A DNA stretch of 64,000 bases from Candidatus Methylomirabilota bacterium (GTDB lineage Bacteria; Methylomirabilota; Methylomirabilia; Methylomirabilales; 2-02-FULL-66-22): NCBI GenBank assembly GCA_016209735.1, contig JACQVN010000034.1:9557-73556 (forward strand), given 5' to 3'. This document shows positions 56,352-64,000 of this stretch, one piece after another. The translations under genes and the position numbers were made by a program. The notes beneath the pieces are model-generated. The model saw only the letters and a program-made list of their open reading frames with translations. It ran no database searches and was not told where the DNA came from. Every line of letters starts with the position of its first letter. Within the stretch, counting starts at the first letter, position 1.

Positions 56352-56676
56352 GGGCCGTCGGGCAGGCGGGGGCAAGGGGACGAAGCGCCTCCAGGCGGAG
56401 ATGATTCACCGGAACGTCTGAAAGAGCATCAACCTGCTGTCGCGGCTGCAAGACCCTGTGGTGCCCCCTGAAATCTGTCTCTCCTCATCGTTCCGCGCGT
56501 CATCCCACAGAGCGGCAGGATGAACGGAAGTGGGGAATGGCAGAGAGCCCTTCTTCTCGGCCATCCGCCAGGAGCCAGAGGCCATCTGCATTGCCTCGCG
56601 GCTGCGTGGTGAGGCGCTCGGGATGGGGGGGCGAGCGGTGTGCGGACGAGCACTCCCTTGCGGCATCGCCGAAGTG

Positions 56677-57606
56677 TCATCGTGGGGTCGGGCGCGGCGC
56701 GGCCGTGGGCGCCTGAGGCGCCACGGGCTCTGCCCGGCGGAGCAGTTCGAGAAAATGTTCCGCCGAAGGGGGGAGGAGCTTGCCGCGGCGATGAATGATG
56801 CCGAGAGGGCGCACCAGGTCGCGCGGGGCCAGCGGGATGGCCGCCAGGGTCCGGCCGCCCACCTCCTTCAGGATGGTGGGCTGTGGCAGAATGCTGATTC
56901 CGGCCCCGACCGAGATGGCCTGCTTGATGGTCTCCGTGTTGTCGAACTCCATCACGACATTCACGCGGGCCTGATGATTTCGAAGCCACCGGTCCACGGC
57001 TTTCCGCACGCGGAGGTCGGGATCGAAAGCCACGAAGGCTTCGTCCTCAAGCTCCGGCGGGGTAACCACGCGGTGTCGCGCCAGCCGGTGTGTAGGGTAG
57101 CAGACGAAGACCATTTCCTCGGTGCGCCAGGGGATGACCGTCAGGGAGCGATTCTTGGGAGGGTACGAGACGATGCCTAGGTCGGCTTCGTCGCTCAGGA
57201 CCGCCTCGACCACCTTGTGGGGGTGGAGGTATTCCAGGAGCACTTTGGCCTGGGGGTAGAGCGCCATGAACCGGCGCACCTGATCGCTCATGATATGGAT
57301 GCCGACGGAGTAGATGGCGGCGACCCGGGCGATGCCGGCGATCTGGGCGCGGTGGTGGACGAGGCTGGCCCGGAGGCGGTCGTAGGCGGCGAGGAGTTCC
57401 TGGCAGCCGTCGTAGAAGCGCTGTCCCTCGGCGGTGAGCATGAAGGGGCGCTTGCTGCGGTCGATGAGCCGGACTCCCAGCTCGCCCTCAAGCTGCTGGA
57501 TGGCCTGGCTGGCGGCGGACTGGGAGATCTGGTTGGCGCTGGCCCCCAGGGAGAAGCTATGGAGTCGGACGATGTTGCAGTAGAGATTCAGGACGGCGAT
57601 GTTCAT
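56677..57606 (-). CDS. LysR-family transcriptional regulator, divergent from gltB
   Basis: I start it at ATG 57606 (MNIAVLNLYCNIVRLHSFSLGASANQISQSAASQAIQQLEGELGVRLIDR). It has a LysR substrate-binding body. Confidence 0.88.
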   Translation of the reverse strand: MNIAVLNLYCNIVRLHSFSLGASANQISQSAASQAIQQLEGELGVRLIDRSKRPFMLTAEGQRFYDGCQELLAAYDRLRASLVHHRAQIAGIARVAAIYSVGIHIMSDQVRRFMALYPQAKVLLEYLHPHKVVEAVLSDEADLGIVSYPPKNRSLTVIPWRTEEMVFVCYPTHRLARHRVVTPPELEDEAFVAFDPDLRVRKAVDRWLRNHQARVNVVMEFDNTETIKQAISVGAGISILPQPTILKEVGGRTLAAIPLAPRDLVRPLGIIHRRGKLLPPSAEHFLELLRRAEPVAPQAPTAAPRPTPR

Positions 57607-57645
57607 GGGCGTCTCCAGAGGCGAAGCGTTCTTTCTGACCGGGGA

Positions 57646-57687
57646 CGGGAGACCGAGGACGGGAGACGGGAGACGGGAGACCGGAGA
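57646..57687. repeat. tandem heptamer array, 6 units of CGGGAGA (variants CCGAGGA, CCGGAGA)
   Basis: Read directly. It is followed by a partly complementary CGGTCCCCCGTCTTCCGTC (57702-57720). Confidence 0.85.
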
Positions 57688-57799
57688 CCGGCCCCCCGTC
57701 GTCGGTCCCCCGTCTTCCGTCAGCGACTCCGGGAGCTCGGGTCCTCTCCGCGGTCTCTGCGATCTCTGCGGTGAATCGTTTCGGCTAGGAAGATATTGT

Positions 57800-57814
57800 A
57801 TTAGCAATACTAAT
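57800..57814. promoter_or_regulatory. candidate LysR box ATTAG-CAATA-CTAAT (T-N11-A dyad) in an AT-rich stretch
   Basis: The dyad was read directly in the lysR-gltB divergent intergenic region. A possible gltB promoter, TTGACG-17-GACAAT, lies just downstream (about 57849-57877). Confidence 0.4.
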
Positions 57815-57962
57815 GCAAAGTATATTTGATTTTCCGCATAACTTATGCTTGACGCCACGCAGTCATTCCTGGACAATGCGTCAATGTTTTTGGAGTGGCC
57901 GGCCCGTTCCGCTCGGGGGAAACCCGCGGGGGGCCGGAGGCGCGGGAGCGGGGAGGACGAGG

Positions 57963-62517
<4,555 letters not shown>

Positions 62518-62525
<8 letters not shown>

Positions 62526-63954
62526 GCCCTCGGGATTCCTGGAGATCCAGCGCGAGCTGCCCGAGCGCCGGCCGGTGGCGGAGCGTGTCAAAGACTGGCA
62601 GGAGGTCTATCGGGACCTCCCGCAGGATCGGCTGCGGGCGCAAGGGGCCCGCTGCATGGACTGCGGGATCCCCTTCTGCCACAGGGGCTGCCCGCTGGGA
62701 AACATCATTCCCGACTGGAACGACCTGGTGTACCGGAACCGCTGGCGCGAGGCGCTGGACCGCCTCTTGGCCACCAACAATTTTCCCGAGTTCACCGGGC
62801 GGCTCTGCCCGGCCCCCTGCGAGGGGGCCTGCGTCCTCGGCATCAACTCCGACCCGGTGACCATCAAGCAGATTGAGCTGGAGATCATCGAGCACGCGTT
62901 CCGCCAGGGCTGGATCAAGGCGGAGCCGCCTCTGGTGCGCACCGGCAAGTCGGTGGCGGTGGTCGGCTCGGGCCCCTGCGGCCTGGCGGCGGCGGACCAG
63001 TTGAACCGCGCCGGCCACCGGGTGACCGTCTTCGAGCGGGCGGATCGGATCGGGGGGCTCCTGCGCTACGGCATTCCCGAGTTCAAGCTGGAGAAGAGCA
63101 TCCTGGAGCGGCGGCTGACGCTCATGGAGGCGGAGGGAGTCGCCTTCCGCACCAACGCCGAGGTCGGCGTGAACGTCTCCGTGGAGGCCCTGCGGGAGAG
63201 CTTCGATGCCATCCTGCTGGCCGGCGGGGCGCCGGTCCCGCGGGATCTCAAGGTCCCGGGCCGGGAGCTGGAGGGGATTCACTTCGCCATGGAGTACCTG
63301 CCGCAGGCCAATCGGCGCTGCCAGGGGGACAGCCTGCCTGAGGCGAGTCTGATCACGGCCAAGGGCAAGCAGGTGGTGATCATCGGCGGCGGGGACACCG
63401 GTGCCGACTGCCTGGGCACCGCCCACCGGCAGGGGGCGACCTCCGTCCACCAGTTCGAGCTGCTGCCCCGCCCCCCCGCGATGCGGGCGGCGGACAACCC
63501 ATGGCCGCTCTGGCCGAACATCTTCCGGGTCTCCTCGGCCCACGAGGAGGGGGGGGAGCGGGACTACTGCATCTCGACCCAACGTTTCTCGGGCGAAGGA
63601 GGCACGGTCAAGAAGCTGCACGGCGTCCGGGTGGAGTTCGCCCCGGGACCTGGCGGCCGCCCGGCCATGCGGGAGGTGCCGGGAAGCGAGTTCGAACTGG
63701 AGGCCGACCTGGTGCTCCTGGCCATGGGCTTCCTGGGACCGGAGCGGAACACCATCCTGGCCCAGTTGGGCGTGAAGCTCACCGAGCGCGGAACGGTCGC
63801 CGTGAACGAGGACAAGCTGACCTCCGTTCCAGCGGTCTTCGCCGCCGGCGACACCGCCCGCGGCCAGTCCCTGGTCGTCTGGGCCATCGCCGAGGGCCGG
63901 CACGCCGCGAGGGGCATGGACAAGTTCCTGATGGGCTCGACGGAACTGCCATAG
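62518..63954 (+). CDS. gltD: glutamate synthase small subunit (NADPH)
   Basis: 478 aa, overlapping gltB by 8 nt. Fe-S Cys cluster CMDCGIPFC...CPLGN...CPAPCEGAC and dinucleotide fold [14 protein letters not shown]. Confidence 0.96.
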
Positions 63955-64000
63955 CCCCGAGGGTTCCCGAAACGGCCGTAGCGGCCGTGAAGTTCCCGGA

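Overview
This 64-kb window comes from a visibly GC-rich bacterial chromosome (GC not computed). I support about 55 protein genes by motif reading, and almost all are housekeeping or metabolic.

Gene content, left to right:
- Branched-chain acyl-CoA block: 2-oxoacid dehydrogenase E1-beta tail and E2, XRE-cupin regulator, two thiolases, 3-hydroxyacyl-CoA dehydrogenase, DUF35 protein, fused isobutyryl-CoA mutase IcmF, FadE-type dehydrogenase.
- MacB-type permease, archease, gpsA, panE, DRG-type GTPase.
- A COG2509-like FAD protein, Nudix hydrolase, thioesterase, purC, a class A PBP, M28-PDZ peptidase, TolB-like propeller.
- Two c-type cytochromes, a GAF hybrid histidine kinase, a MEMO-like protein, ferredoxin.
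- A PAP2 / flippase-like / GT2 / ArnT-like envelope cluster.
- purE-purD-purH, AMMECR1.
- A sulfur-carrier-protein cluster containing a SAM-I riboswitch.
- dusB, a ThDP enzyme, DUF169, a four-helix-bundle (Avd / 23S-IVS type) gene, a URO-D-family gene, a LysR regulator, gltBD.

No rRNA, tRNA, CRISPR array, cas gene, transposase or recognisable defence gene is visible.

Observations worth a second look:
1. A small glutaredoxin-like gene missed by the ORF track. It has an in-frame TGA exactly at the redox-active position, so it is a candidate selenoprotein.
2. Several families of hairpin-bounded intergenic repeats. One ~254-bp family keeps internal helices by compensatory change. The hairpins repeatedly sit on or next to stop codons.
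3. A ThiF/MoeB + JAMM + CysO-like carrier + ThrC-like cluster under SAM-I control, with two NIL mini-genes. The carrier gene has no stop codon after its Gly-Gly.
4. A 277-bp MITE-like element with terminal inverted repeats and a target-site duplication.
5. A single in-frame TAG splitting an otherwise intact FAD-protein gene.
6. Heptamer and 16-mer tandem arrays.
7. Two decayed gene remnants.

All calls come from reading the translations and sequence by eye. No database search, covariance model or folding was run. Repeat identities and promoter calls are approximate.
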